This document shows, one piece after another, positions 45,268-55,452 of a stretch of 64,000 nucleotides of DNA. The first letter of the stretch is position 1. Every line of letters begins with the position of its first letter. The notes under the pieces were generated by a model, which was not told the DNA's origin, did no database searches, and worked only from the letters and a program-made list of their open reading frames with translations. This DNA is from a virus. The position numbers and the translations under genes were made by a program. The stretch lies in IMG/VR virus record IMGVR_UViG_3300042301_003793; one strand, given 5' to 3'.

Positions 45268-45564
45268 TTATTGGAACTGATAAATTTGATAATCCATAAA
45301 GAAGAAGTCGTCACCATCTTGATATTGTTTTTCAACTGGTTCAGCTTCAATACAAATAAGTGTTATTAATTTTTCACAACCAGTAGAATCAATCAGTTTT
45401 AAACCTATGGCTGGTGCTGTATCAAATTGTGATGGTAAGGTTATTGTAACTGGCGTTGTTATTATTTCACCAATATAAAAACATTGATTACCATAAACAT
45501 CACAAGCGTAACCACTAAATGGTGGTACTAAACCAGTTATTGAATTTATAGTTAAATTTGTCAT
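45268..45564 (-). CDS. Small Cys-containing virion protein; paralog of 34125-34346
   Basis: MTNLTINSITGLVPPFSGYACDVYGNQCFY...LIDSTGC. Confidence 0.65.
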   Translation of the reverse strand: MTNLTINSITGLVPPFSGYACDVYGNQCFYIGEIITTPVTITLPSQFDTAPAIGLKLIDSTGCEKLITLICIEAEPVEKQYQDGDDFFFMDYQIYQFQ

Positions 45565-45566
45565 AA

Positions 45567-47765
45567 TCAATCACAAGAAACACAAGATATATTATATTCT
45601 ATTACTAGATTTGAGATGATTTTTGTATCATTTAATAAATTATACGTTTCCTTTCTACAATTTTTTTCAATTTCACTACAATCATTTGTTATAGTAATTT
45701 TATTATTTGTGTAATCAATAATAACTTCACCGATACCAACAAATGTTTCTAAAATGTTTTTTAATCCAAGTCCCCAGTCTTGGTCATTTGGAAAGTCATT
45801 AAGTCCGTTTGATATATAAAATATGTCTTGTTTTGTTTCTGTACCAACTGTAACCTGGACACTAAATTTAGCTTCATTTACAATGCAGTTTGTATCACCT
45901 GAAGTTAAATCATAGAACCCCTCGTTAAACATTTGTTTAATTCCTCTTTTTCCTATTAGTTCAGAATTTTGGAAATTACCCTCACAGATTTCAAAAGTTG
46001 TGTATGTTCCTAAAATTTCTGTACCTTTTAATTTTGTTGTTCTAGTAAATGAACATCCATTAGAATCGATTACGGTACAAGAATATGTCCCAGATGTTAG
46101 ACCGGTAATAATAAGACCAGTTTGTAATCCCACATTTCCTGTCCAATTAAATGTAAATGGTGGTGTTCCACTTGTAATTAGAACATCTATTTCACCATCA
46201 TTTCCAAAAACAGGATTAAAGGTTACAAAGTCAAAATAAACACTACTTGATGGTGCAATAAATATTGGTTTGTACTGAACACATCCAGTACTATCTGTAA
46301 CAGATAATGTGTAGTTTCCAGATGGTAGACCATTAAAATTACCATTAAACTGAAAAGGTATATTTGTAGGTCCAGTTAAACTATAAACTATTGGAAATGT
46401 TGCACCGCTTGAAACAGAGACACTGAATTTTCCATTTGAAAGGCCACAAGTTGTCCCAGTTGTTGATGCCGAAATTACAAATTTATCAACAGATGAAATA
46501 CTTGTTGTCCCAGTGTAAACACAGCCTAAGTTATTATCAATAAATAAAGTATATGAGCCATTACCTAGTGAGGCGAATTGTTTATAAACCCCACCAACTA
46601 TGTTTGATATATATGTTCCATTTGCACCAGATAATGTGAATGTATAATTTCCACTTCCAATACCATTATTAATATAAACATCTAAAATACCATTATTTGC
46701 ATTACAATTTGAATTTGTTGTTATTAAATCAACCGAAGCAAACGAATTTGGTGGTGAAAGTGTGTACTGACCAGTTACGGTACATAGTGCCGAATCTGTA
46801 ACGGAGAATGAAAATTGACCAGAAGATAAACCAGTAAATGTATAGTTTGTATCAAAAGTTACTGAAACATCATTGTTTGATCCACTATAATAATATGGTG
46901 CCGTTCCACCATCTATCACAACACTTAATTCACCATCTGGTTGTAAACAAGTTGGTTGTTGTGTTATAACACTTATAATTTGAATAGGTTGTACCTCATC
47001 TATTTGTATATAATCAACATTTGTACACCCTTCGGAATTTGTAATTTCAACAGGGTAAAGACCTTGTGTTAAACCCGTTACAGTAGTTCCAGTTTGTCCA
47101 TTAACATTGGCTAACCAATTTATTGTATAAGCACTTGTTGGGCTTGTAAGACCAGTAATGTATATTTTTCCATTATTAATTCCTGGTACACACCCAGCCG
47201 AATTTACCTTATAATACCCAAATGTAAAATTTGTAGAAGACCTAATCACACAAGATTCTGAAGTACCAGAACAACCACCATTATCAAACGCATCAACGTA
47301 ATAAGAATCTGGTGAAAGGTTGTTAAAAACAACATAGTTTTGTAATGTCGATGTGGTACCACTATCAATGTAATTATTTAAAATGTCGTATAAATATATT
47401 TCGGTTCCATTAACATATGTTTCAGTAGTTGCCGTTATAGAGCCGTTATTAAGATTACAAGTTGTTCCTTCACAAGTAAGTGAAACTGTTACACCAGATG
47501 AAATTGTAAAAGATAGGTATTGTATTGTTGGTGGTAAATCAGAGTCCTGAATTGTTAAATTATAATTCCCAACTGGTAAATTATTAACATAATAAAAAGG
47601 GTCTAAAGATGTAACCGCTGAGGTTGGTAATAAACCACTAACACTAGGACCTTCATAGACAATCCAATCAGGACTACCTCCAACTATTTCAAATTGTAGA
47701 ACACCAGAAGATGTATTACTACAATCGCCTGTTATTAATATTGATGGAAATGTTATAAAACTCAT
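45567..47765 (-). CDS. SprB-repeat virion protein
   Basis: Start moved to MSFITF (ATGA overlap). About six units such as DGEIDVLITSGTPPFTFNWTG...GLTSGTYSCTVIDSNGC. Confidence 0.75.
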   Translation of the reverse strand: MSFITFPSILITGDCSNTSSGVLQFEIVGGSPDWIVYEGPSVSGLLPTSAVTSLDPFYYVNNLPVGNYNLTIQDSDLPPTIQYLSFTISSGVTVSLTCEGTTCNLNNGSITATTETYVNGTEIYLYDILNNYIDSGTTSTLQNYVVFNNLSPDSYYVDAFDNGGCSGTSESCVIRSSTNFTFGYYKVNSAGCVPGINNGKIYITGLTSPTSAYTINWLANVNGQTGTTVTGLTQGLYPVEITNSEGCTNVDYIQIDEVQPIQIISVITQQPTCLQPDGELSVVIDGGTAPYYYSGSNNDVSVTFDTNYTFTGLSSGQFSFSVTDSALCTVTGQYTLSPPNSFASVDLITTNSNCNANNGILDVYINNGIGSGNYTFTLSGANGTYISNIVGGVYKQFASLGNGSYTLFIDNNLGCVYTGTTSISSVDKFVISASTTGTTCGLSNGKFSVSVSSGATFPIVYSLTGPTNIPFQFNGNFNGLPSGNYTLSVTDSTGCVQYKPIFIAPSSSVYFDFVTFNPVFGNDGEIDVLITSGTPPFTFNWTGNVGLQTGLIITGLTSGTYSCTVIDSNGCSFTRTTKLKGTEILGTYTTFEICEGNFQNSELIGKRGIKQMFNEGFYDLTSGDTNCIVNEAKFSVQVTVGTETKQDIFYISNGLNDFPNDQDWGLGLKNILETFVGIGEVIIDYTNNKITITNDCSEIEKNCRKETYNLLNDTKIISNLVIEYNISCVSCD

Positions 47766-50700
47766 TGTTCTGCACAAAGTATAGTAAAGTTTATACCTAG
47801 CTCAAGTGTAAAGATATCTTCATCGTCGAAAGGTGTACAATTAACATTATAAATAGTTAAAATTTCACTATTAACATTAATATCATACGTATATCCATCG
47901 TTTTCAATTTCTGTTAGTATTGTTTCAACACCAGTAATCCATTCCGAATCAGTTGGGTAATTTTGGTACCCATAAGTTTCACTAAATAAATCACTTGACA
48001 ATGTTATACCATTTAATTTTGATATCACATACCATTGAACATATAGGGTATTAAGTTGGCACTGATCTAAATTAGATAGTCCTTGACTTTCTAAATAAGA
48101 ATTTAAAGCGGTTGTTAGTAAAACACCAAATCTACCACCGATAGGGTTGTATGTCCAAGGATATAGTCCACATCTAAGGAATTGTGTTGGGCAATCGTAT
48201 GCAAATAACTGGGTTACTAATGAACAAGGTTTACAAGGAATCGGTACAATTTTACAACCAAATTGTCTTCTCCACACAAATTTTTGTCTATGGAATATTG
48301 AATTTTCTAATCTAACTCCGGTGTTCCAAATTGTTGTTGCTGGAACCATTTGTTCTACTAGTCTTATCCAGTAATCACCAATACCATTAATGTAGTCCAA
48401 CATTGTTTGATAATTAAAATTATCATTTTTAATTCCTGCTAATTGTTGTGACTCTAAATATTTCCAATATATTGACGATAGTGTTGGGTAACCACCTGTC
48501 TTACCATCTGTAATAAATTGTCTATTTCTAACGTTAATCATATTTCGCCAGAAAGTTTGTGCAAATTCAAAAAAAGTTTTTTCTTTTGGTTTTGGTACAA
48601 TTTCAGTCCAATCTATACCACCTCTTTTTGGGTAAGGTGTGTTTGGATTTGGGTTACAATAAGTTGGCTGTACATAATTTAAACCTTCGTTTGGAATTGG
48701 AAAATTATATTGTCTTGACATGCTCCAAACATCATATACCAAACCAAAACTTGGGTTCAACATAACATCAACATTTTTAACATTCAAAACAAGACAGTCA
48801 TCTGAAGCATAATAATAAGCATTAAAATTACCATCAGAACTTTTTCTCAAATCACTTTCATTATCGTACCAACTTTTTTTGTTATCTATAACTCTTCTAA
48901 GTCTAAATCCTAAATCCATATATGGAAACTTCCTATATCTTTCTAGGTATTCTTCACCATAATTAAATGGTAATAGTTGGGTTTGATAACTAGGATTTGA
49001 ACCAGTGAAAACAGATGTAGTTAAATCTATTTTTTCTGGCATTCTATGTTGTGGTGTTGATTCGAACCATCCACCACCAATTTGGAAATAATAATTTTCA
49101 CTATCCACTGGTGTACTTGGGCAACCAAAACTATCTATTGGGTAATCTTCTCTAGTTAAAGAAATGTCGATTATTTTACTTGAAGTTGTAACCCCGGTAT
49201 ATTGTACACCCATAACAGAATAAACATCTGTTGGGTCCAAAACTGGTATTGATTCAACATATGTCCCTGTAGCAACAATGCTAAATTTAGAATCAAATTC
49301 GTTTATATTAATTCTTTGATCCGCAATATAAATGTACTCGTTGAAGTCAACTAGAAATTCTGGTGCTCCAACCAACCTTAAAAGTATTTCTATAGATTTT
49401 CTAGTTCCTTTTGATTTGAAAAGAAATGCCGAATTTAAAATTAAATTTCTAAAGTACTGGTAGTTTATTTCATCTGGTGTCTTACCTACTGGTACGCCAC
49501 TAAAACCACTTTCACTTGTACTAAAAACAGAGTTTAAGAAATTCTCTTCAGTGATTGGTGACATATTTATTTTCCAACCTAATGTTTCGGCTAAATTCTT
49601 AAGTAATTGTGATGGTATATCATTTTTAACATTATACCTAACTGAGTTCATTGTTGATAGAGCATCAATAAATGTTTTAGTTTCATCAAAACTTCTTCCA
49701 TAGATTTGCAGTACTTTTTCAACTTTTTTATCTACAGTATCAAATTCTTTTATGGATGCTGTTGTTAAAAACCTAGAAATTAAATTTGTTTTATATAAAT
49801 CAAGACTTGTTGCAAAACTGTTAAGTTCGGACAAATAATTATCAAATGACCTAGTTTGTAAATCTAAATTCCAAGGACCGTTTTTTGGAAATCTTAATGC
49901 TTTATAACTGAACGTAAAAGTACCATCTTCATTTTCAATTGGTACTGAAAAATAAGATGTATAGATTGGTGTGTTATTTCTATTTAATAAGAAATTTTCT
50001 ACCTCATCAAAATCTTCGTTAAAAACTTTATTAACATAAAAATCACTAGGTCTAACTATTATATTGTCGTAACTAACCGAATTACCAGAAAATGCGTTCC
50101 CTTCGACATAAATTGTTAAGACCTGGTCTCCATTTGTTACTGGTACAATTTCATTTATTGGGTAATGTTTATCATCAACAATAACTACATATTTTGAATA
50201 GTTAGTTTTTAAATTTCTTAAAGTTGAAATAGATAATTCAGTAGCTTGGAAATTTTTTTCAGCATTAACTGTAAAATCAATTCCAAATGGATTATTAATA
50301 TTTTCTAACTCTAACTCAAGTTTTGTTTCGTTTTCAACAGAATTGTAAACAATATTTATTGCTGTTGTTCCAGTTAAGTAATTTATTCTTGGGTTTGTAA
50401 CTTCAAGAGCTGCTGGAAAAAAATTAATTATCTTTTTAATCGAAGCCGAAAATCTTAGTACCAAAGAACCATATAATGTAAAGTTTGTAACTTGAGATAA
50501 ATCGTAATTTGGATATACCTGGAAATTATTTGCAATAATCATTTTTGATTCTTCGACATTAGATATATTCATAGTGTCGAGTGAAATTGGGTCTGAAAAC
50601 GAACCAATCTCAAAATTCCTATCTTGTTTTTCTGTAATATTAGTTGTGAAGGCAAAATTTGCTTGGGTAAGTCCACCACCATCAACTAATTGTAAACCAA

Positions 50701-50767
50701 CTAGATTGTCAGAAAAGGATCCTTGACCGGATGCTTGTGGTGGGCATGTAAACTTATTTATAGCCAT
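47762..50767 (-). CDS. Baseplate wedge / tail protein (P2 gpI / T4 gp7-like domain)
   Basis: IPSQLLKNLAETLGW...ILNSAFLFKSKGTRKSIEILL. Confidence 0.65.
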   Translation of the reverse strand: MAINKFTCPPQASGQGSFSDNLVGLQLVDGGGLTQANFAFTTNITEKQDRNFEIGSFSDPISLDTMNISNVEESKMIIANNFQVYPNYDLSQVTNFTLYGSLVLRFSASIKKIINFFPAALEVTNPRINYLTGTTAINIVYNSVENETKLELELENINNPFGIDFTVNAEKNFQATELSISTLRNLKTNYSKYVVIVDDKHYPINEIVPVTNGDQVLTIYVEGNAFSGNSVSYDNIIVRPSDFYVNKVFNEDFDEVENFLLNRNNTPIYTSYFSVPIENEDGTFTFSYKALRFPKNGPWNLDLQTRSFDNYLSELNSFATSLDLYKTNLISRFLTTASIKEFDTVDKKVEKVLQIYGRSFDETKTFIDALSTMNSVRYNVKNDIPSQLLKNLAETLGWKINMSPITEENFLNSVFSTSESGFSGVPVGKTPDEINYQYFRNLILNSAFLFKSKGTRKSIEILLRLVGAPEFLVDFNEYIYIADQRININEFDSKFSIVATGTYVESIPVLDPTDVYSVMGVQYTGVTTSSKIIDISLTREDYPIDSFGCPSTPVDSENYYFQIGGGWFESTPQHRMPEKIDLTTSVFTGSNPSYQTQLLPFNYGEEYLERYRKFPYMDLGFRLRRVIDNKKSWYDNESDLRKSSDGNFNAYYYASDDCLVLNVKNVDVMLNPSFGLVYDVWSMSRQYNFPIPNEGLNYVQPTYCNPNPNTPYPKRGGIDWTEIVPKPKEKTFFEFAQTFWRNMINVRNRQFITDGKTGGYPTLSSIYWKYLESQQLAGIKNDNFNYQTMLDYINGIGDYWIRLVEQMVPATTIWNTGVRLENSIFHRQKFVWRRQFGCKIVPIPCKPCSLVTQLFAYDCPTQFLRCGLYPWTYNPIGGRFGVLLTTALNSYLESQGLSNLDQCQLNTLYVQWYVISKLNGITLSSDLFSETYGYQNYPTDSEWITGVETILTEIENDGYTYDINVNSEILTIYNVNCTPFDDEDIFTLELGINFTILCAEQ

Positions 50768-51675
50768 TATCCTGTTATGTTATTGAATGCTTTACTAAAG
50801 TCTATATTTGTTCCCCTATCTTGTCTAACTTCAAATAATAATTCATTAAATTGATCACGAATTTCATATAGATTGTATTGTTTATAAATGTTATTTTGAC
50901 TATCGTAAATTGTATAAACACCATCGTCAATAGATTTGGTTTGATTGCCGTAAAGGGCGATTGCAAGTGTCGAAACATCGTGTTCAACAATTTCAATTTC
51001 AGTTGTTATTGGATTAAAAAATGTATTTGTTATTATTATATTTTGATTTGGTTGACCAATAAATGGAATAGCATTTGGTTTGTTTGTTGGTGACGATGAT
51101 GGTGAAAGAGTACAAAAAAGTAAATTTGTAACACCCTCAACGTATCTATATCTTACAGCTTTTTGTGATGTATTTGTTAAGTTAACATAAACTGGTTCAC
51201 AATAAAACGAAGATGTTATAAGTCTAAAAAAGTTAGGAATTTTTGTTCCGTTATCGTTTAAATATTCAACTCTAAAACCAATTAAACCTTGATTAACAAA
51301 TTTATTTCTAAATGTACTTGGTACGTTATTAATATCAATAACAATTCCTTGAACGTTTGGTAATGATGATAATACGCCACAATCTGTTATTTTTGTTCTG
51401 ATTTCCGCTGGTCTAATATATAGTGTATATATACCTAATTTATTAAATTGGTCAGCAGGTAATTTAAGATTGTAAAGTCCACCCAAAATCTCTACATTAG
51501 CGTTTCCACCAGTATTAATATTATGAAAATATGGTTTTAGAACCGCCCTAGCATCTAATTTTGTAAGTAAAAAATTATCCGTGTCGTCTCTTGAAGGTGT
51601 GTAATTTAATATAATTTCAACATCTTCTGGACTAACATCTGCTGGTCTTATGGTTCCGTAATTTCCTGTTGCCAC
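50767..51675 (-). CDS. Putative structural protein (GTG start)
   Basis: 302-aa ORF in the tail module with TATTTAT at 51712-51706. Confidence 0.65.
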   Translation of the reverse strand: MATGNYGTIRPADVSPEDVEIILNYTPSRDDTDNFLLTKLDARAVLKPYFHNINTGGNANVEILGGLYNLKLPADQFNKLGIYTLYIRPAEIRTKITDCGVLSSLPNVQGIVIDINNVPSTFRNKFVNQGLIGFRVEYLNDNGTKIPNFFRLITSSFYCEPVYVNLTNTSQKAVRYRYVEGVTNLLFCTLSPSSSPTNKPNAIPFIGQPNQNIIITNTFFNPITTEIEIVEHDVSTLAIALYGNQTKSIDDGVYTIYDSQNNIYKQYNLYEIRDQFNELLFEVRQDRGTNIDFSKAFNNITG

Positions 51676-51718
51676 TTTTAATTATTTATAATGTTTATCT
51701 TTTAATAAATACGACCTT

Positions 51719-52891
51719 TTAGAATTTTTTGACTCTAAAAAATCCATAACCATACTTGGTTATATCTCCCAAGTTATCTATTTCACCAAGTCTCTGCATT
51801 GTTTCTAGTCCCGAAACCTTGCCACGTTCTATAAATAACTCCGATTCAATCGCTGGTTCATCAATAACATTGAGTAATGCCTCGTTTTTTGTTATTGCTG
51901 ATAGTGTGAATAAATCTACATCTATACCATAAGAAGAAATAAAATAAATTGTAGTACCATCGGACAAATCCCAATATAAAATATTATCTATTGTATATGC
52001 CGTATAACTATTTGTTGGGTCTGGACCTAAATAAACACCCTGTGTTCCAGAGTTTCCAGTTATTGGTATATTAAGTTTGAACTTTCCACCAAATAAATTA
52101 AATTTTGGTCCATAAACCGCAAGATCGTTTACACTACTTTGTGTAAAACCAGTAATTAAAAAAGGAACTGTTGTATAATTATTACTATCATAGTCAAGAA
52201 TGTTTGTATTTGAGTCACCAGTAAATATGTAGTCATAACTAACTGGTGTTCCAGTCCAGGTACAACCTGCTGGTGTAAAATACGCGGTACCTTGTGGATT
52301 ATCTATTGTTAGTCCGGTATATGGTAATTTAATTGGTTTTTCTACATTTGATATACCCCAAGGTGACTTAGATTCCAATTTAATAACATAATCTTGTGGT
52401 GAATTAACATAAGTATGTGTTATAGGTGAACTACTCGTTAAGGTTGTTATAGGTGAACCATCACCCCAATCTAATGTGTACTTACTTAGTGTTAAGAATT
52501 TTTTAAGTTCTTTTTCTGAAGTATTAAAAAAAGTTACAGTATAAGGTGAACTTGTATCCGCCGACCATAAAAAATTAATAATAACATCTTTTTGTAGTAC
52601 GGCACCATCAAAAGGTGTGTAATATCCAATATCTATTGCTGTTTGTGTGAAAAGAAGTGGTACTGTTAAACAAGTAAGTAATGACTGATTATTTGGTCCT
52701 GCAGACAATAAGTAGTCCATTGGTAAATAATAACCAGTCGTTCCAGTCAAGGTATTTACTGTTGTTGATGTTATAGGACAACAAGGGTCTATTGAAACTG
52801 TGATGTCTGTTTCACCAGTATAAGGTACTTGTACAATATCACCTAATATGTTTTCTCTAGAAATTTTAAAATAATACTTTTGCTCTTCCAT
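51719..52891 (-). CDS. Putative structural protein with PKD/Ig-like domain
   Basis: YTLDWGDGSP...ITHTY. Confidence 0.6.
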   Translation of the reverse strand: MEEQKYYFKISRENILGDIVQVPYTGETDITVSIDPCCPITSTTVNTLTGTTGYYLPMDYLLSAGPNNQSLLTCLTVPLLFTQTAIDIGYYTPFDGAVLQKDVIINFLWSADTSSPYTVTFFNTSEKELKKFLTLSKYTLDWGDGSPITTLTSSSPITHTYVNSPQDYVIKLESKSPWGISNVEKPIKLPYTGLTIDNPQGTAYFTPAGCTWTGTPVSYDYIFTGDSNTNILDYDSNNYTTVPFLITGFTQSSVNDLAVYGPKFNLFGGKFKLNIPITGNSGTQGVYLGPDPTNSYTAYTIDNILYWDLSDGTTIYFISSYGIDVDLFTLSAITKNEALLNVIDEPAIESELFIERGKVSGLETMQRLGEIDNLGDITKYGYGFFRVKKF

Positions 52892-52892
52892 A

Positions 52893-53711
52893 TTATGGGT
52901 TTAAATATTCATACCAGTTTATCGATGAAACATCTGTTCCAACTCTAAGTCCAGTTATTGTATCATAAACCTCATATGTTTTTGACGGGTAATTTAAACT
53001 AACTTTATAGTAAAAATAATTTGCTTTATTAAATGTATAATAATTACCTGACGCTGAAAATATTGATTGGGGTCGATTCATCATATTAACAAAAATTCCT
53101 CGTCTTGCATTAAAAAATTTAGCAGACATATAAAATTCATTTATGTTTATATAAAAATTCTCACGTAACCAATAAATGAAAAATCCTTCTTTATCTCCAA
53201 CAAAATCTAATCCCATTTTTGGTTTTCTAATTTGTACGTTCTGTAAAAAGGTTGAAATTGTTACTGTTTCAAAATCACCTTGTTGTACTGGTAGTATTAT
53301 AGAAAAATAGTTTTTTTGGTTAGATTCATTTGGTGTATCATAAAAATCTAATTTAAAAAATGACTTCGTAAAAGGTTTTGAAAAGTAATAAACGTCTTGT
53401 TTTGTAAAATCTTCATACAAATAACTGTTGTACCAAGATGTTGAATTACTTATTGTGTCGCCAGTATCAAAGAAATAAAATTCGTAATTTATTTTTGTTA
53501 GTATGTCCACATTATTTGTTGCAACATACTGACTATGCGAAAACCTTGAAAGTTCAAAGTCATTTGGCAATCCAATAAGTTCATCAAGTACCTCACCTTG
53601 GTAGGTATCAATAGCCTGGTCTCTTTCTGAAAAATCCCATTTCATTTCGATTGGTAAATCTATTTGTTTACCAATTGCTGATTTCACTATTTTATATTTA
53701 TTCACACTCAT
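52893..53711 (-). CDS. Putative structural protein
   Basis: 272-aa aromatic-rich ORF in the tail module. Confidence 0.6.
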   Translation of the reverse strand: MSVNKYKIVKSAIGKQIDLPIEMKWDFSERDQAIDTYQGEVLDELIGLPNDFELSRFSHSQYVATNNVDILTKINYEFYFFDTGDTISNSTSWYNSYLYEDFTKQDVYYFSKPFTKSFFKLDFYDTPNESNQKNYFSIILPVQQGDFETVTISTFLQNVQIRKPKMGLDFVGDKEGFFIYWLRENFYININEFYMSAKFFNARRGIFVNMMNRPQSIFSASGNYYTFNKANYFYYKVSLNYPSKTYEVYDTITGLRVGTDVSSINWYEYLNP

Positions 53712-55452
53712 CTTCGGTTGGTTCTTGTATTTGTGTTATATCTGGTTGACCTATACCTTCATAGAATAATCTAAAAATTGTTGTATTAAAAGGATAGTGT
53801 TTTCCATTTGTGAATGGATAGTCAACACCTAATCCAGAAGAATCCACATAACCATAAGGATATATATCTCTCCATCTAAAACCATTTGAACTATTTGAAT
53901 AAAATGCCCAATCTGGTATTCCGGTCACAACATTTGCATCACCTTCTTCAACGTACTCAGAAAAAACTCTAATTGTTACTGGATTGTGTGGGTAATAGTA
54001 ATAACCAAGTTGGTTAGTTAATGAAAATAAATCATATTGTGTAAACCAATTTTGATTAAATGTAAATTTATGAACTTTACGTGAAACAATCCTTTCTTCT
54101 TGTGTAAAGTCATTCCACTCACAAAAATCACCATATAATAAATCATCTTTTTTTAAGTCACTATTATAGTAAAAAGGTCCAGAACCTACATTAGATGTAT
54201 ATGAAATATTTGCTACGTTTGTATTTGAAAGACCGTTATTTAAATCCCAATAAATGGATGGTGCGTTATTCTGTAAAGGCATATTAAATTCATACCCTTC
54301 TCTTAATTTATTTGTCCAACCCCAATACCCTTTCCAAACACTTGTAAAGTATAGTTCGTTTATTGGTCTATTTTGATTATCTCGTATTTTACTAATATCA
54401 ATGTCTCGATTAAATGATAGTGTATAACATTGTGAACCTTCAACTATTGATGTTCTTGGACAAGTTGGTGGTGTTAGAATTTGAAGTGGTGTTCCGCCAG
54501 ATAAAACTTTTTCAAATTGTGTTTTTAAATTAAAAATGTTTTCTTCAAATCCAGATTTTGTTAAAATTGCATCACCAACTTCAGTCAAAATCTTATTAAC
54601 CTTAACATAATATTTCGACATTGTTTCGGCAGAATTTACTGGATCCAAAACTTTCTTTAAATTACCAGTATTTCCTGGGTCAAAATTTGTTGTTAAATAA
54701 CCAATATCAAATATGTTAAAAATATATTCTTCACTACCAGAACCACCATCACCAACGGAATCAATTTCAAATAAATCTGTCCCATTATAACTGAATGGTA
54801 GCTGGACGTATTGTCTTGTACTTAATCCGTGTTTCATCGGACATCTAAATGTAATTAAATTATTAATTCTTGATGTGATTAAGTACGGTATACCGTCTTG
54901 AGCTTGAAAAGTCCAAGTTGCAATTGTTTGTGGGTCGTGAACATATAATGTTTTTGTATAGTCGTTTGAATATGGGTAAGACATATAGTGTGTCCAATTA
55001 TAAGTTGACGCACTTTTGTTTATAAAAATTTGATGGTTATTAACACCTGATGTGTAACCAACTTGGTTATTATCATTTCTTATAAAATCAAATTCAGAAT
55101 ATTGTGGAAAACCATACCATTCAATAGGTGTTAATCCAGGATTACAAGCAATTTTTTCAGTTGTTTCGACTACTTTTGTGTAAGCTAAGTAATCAACATA
55201 TGGTTGGTAAAAAGTACTTCCAGAATATTTGTTTTTTATTATTAGATTATATTTTGTACTTGGTCTAAAAACGTTAGATGCTTCTCTTTCATTAACAAAA
55301 GTTTCTTCAAGATTAACATCTATATATCTTTCATATTCAACTTGTTCGTGTGATGTTTGTTCAAGAACAATTTTTTGTTGACCGTCAAGTACTGGTGCAC
55401 CTTGGTATCTATTATTACTTCTAACAATTACTGTTGGGTTATCTATTGGCAT
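53698..55452 (-). CDS. Putative structural protein
   Basis: 584-aa ORF coupled to both neighbours. Confidence 0.6.
   Translation of the reverse strand: MPIDNPTVIVRSNNRYQGAPVLDGQQKIVLEQTSHEQVEYERYIDVNLEETFVNEREASNVFRPSTKYNLIIKNKYSGSTFYQPYVDYLAYTKVVETTEKIACNPGLTPIEWYGFPQYSEFDFIRNDNNQVGYTSGVNNHQIFINKSASTYNWTHYMSYPYSNDYTKTLYVHDPQTIATWTFQAQDGIPYLITSRINNLITFRCPMKHGLSTRQYVQLPFSYNGTDLFEIDSVGDGGSGSEEYIFNIFDIGYLTTNFDPGNTGNLKKVLDPVNSAETMSKYYVKVNKILTEVGDAILTKSGFEENIFNLKTQFEKVLSGGTPLQILTPPTCPRTSIVEGSQCYTLSFNRDIDISKIRDNQNRPINELYFTSVWKGYWGWTNKLREGYEFNMPLQNNAPSIYWDLNNGLSNTNVANISYTSNVGSGPFYYNSDLKKDDLLYGDFCEWNDFTQEERIVSRKVHKFTFNQNWFTQYDLFSLTNQLGYYYYPHNPVTIRVFSEYVEEGDANVVTGIPDWAFYSNSSNGFRWRDIYPYGYVDSSGLGVDYPFTNGKHYPFNTTIFRLFYEGIGQPDITQIQEPTEDECE

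Noticed and set aside
36487-47765. Diversity-generating retroelement acting on tail adhesins
   Set aside because: No reverse transcriptase, and no near-identical template/variable repeat pair differing at adenines was seen in the window.
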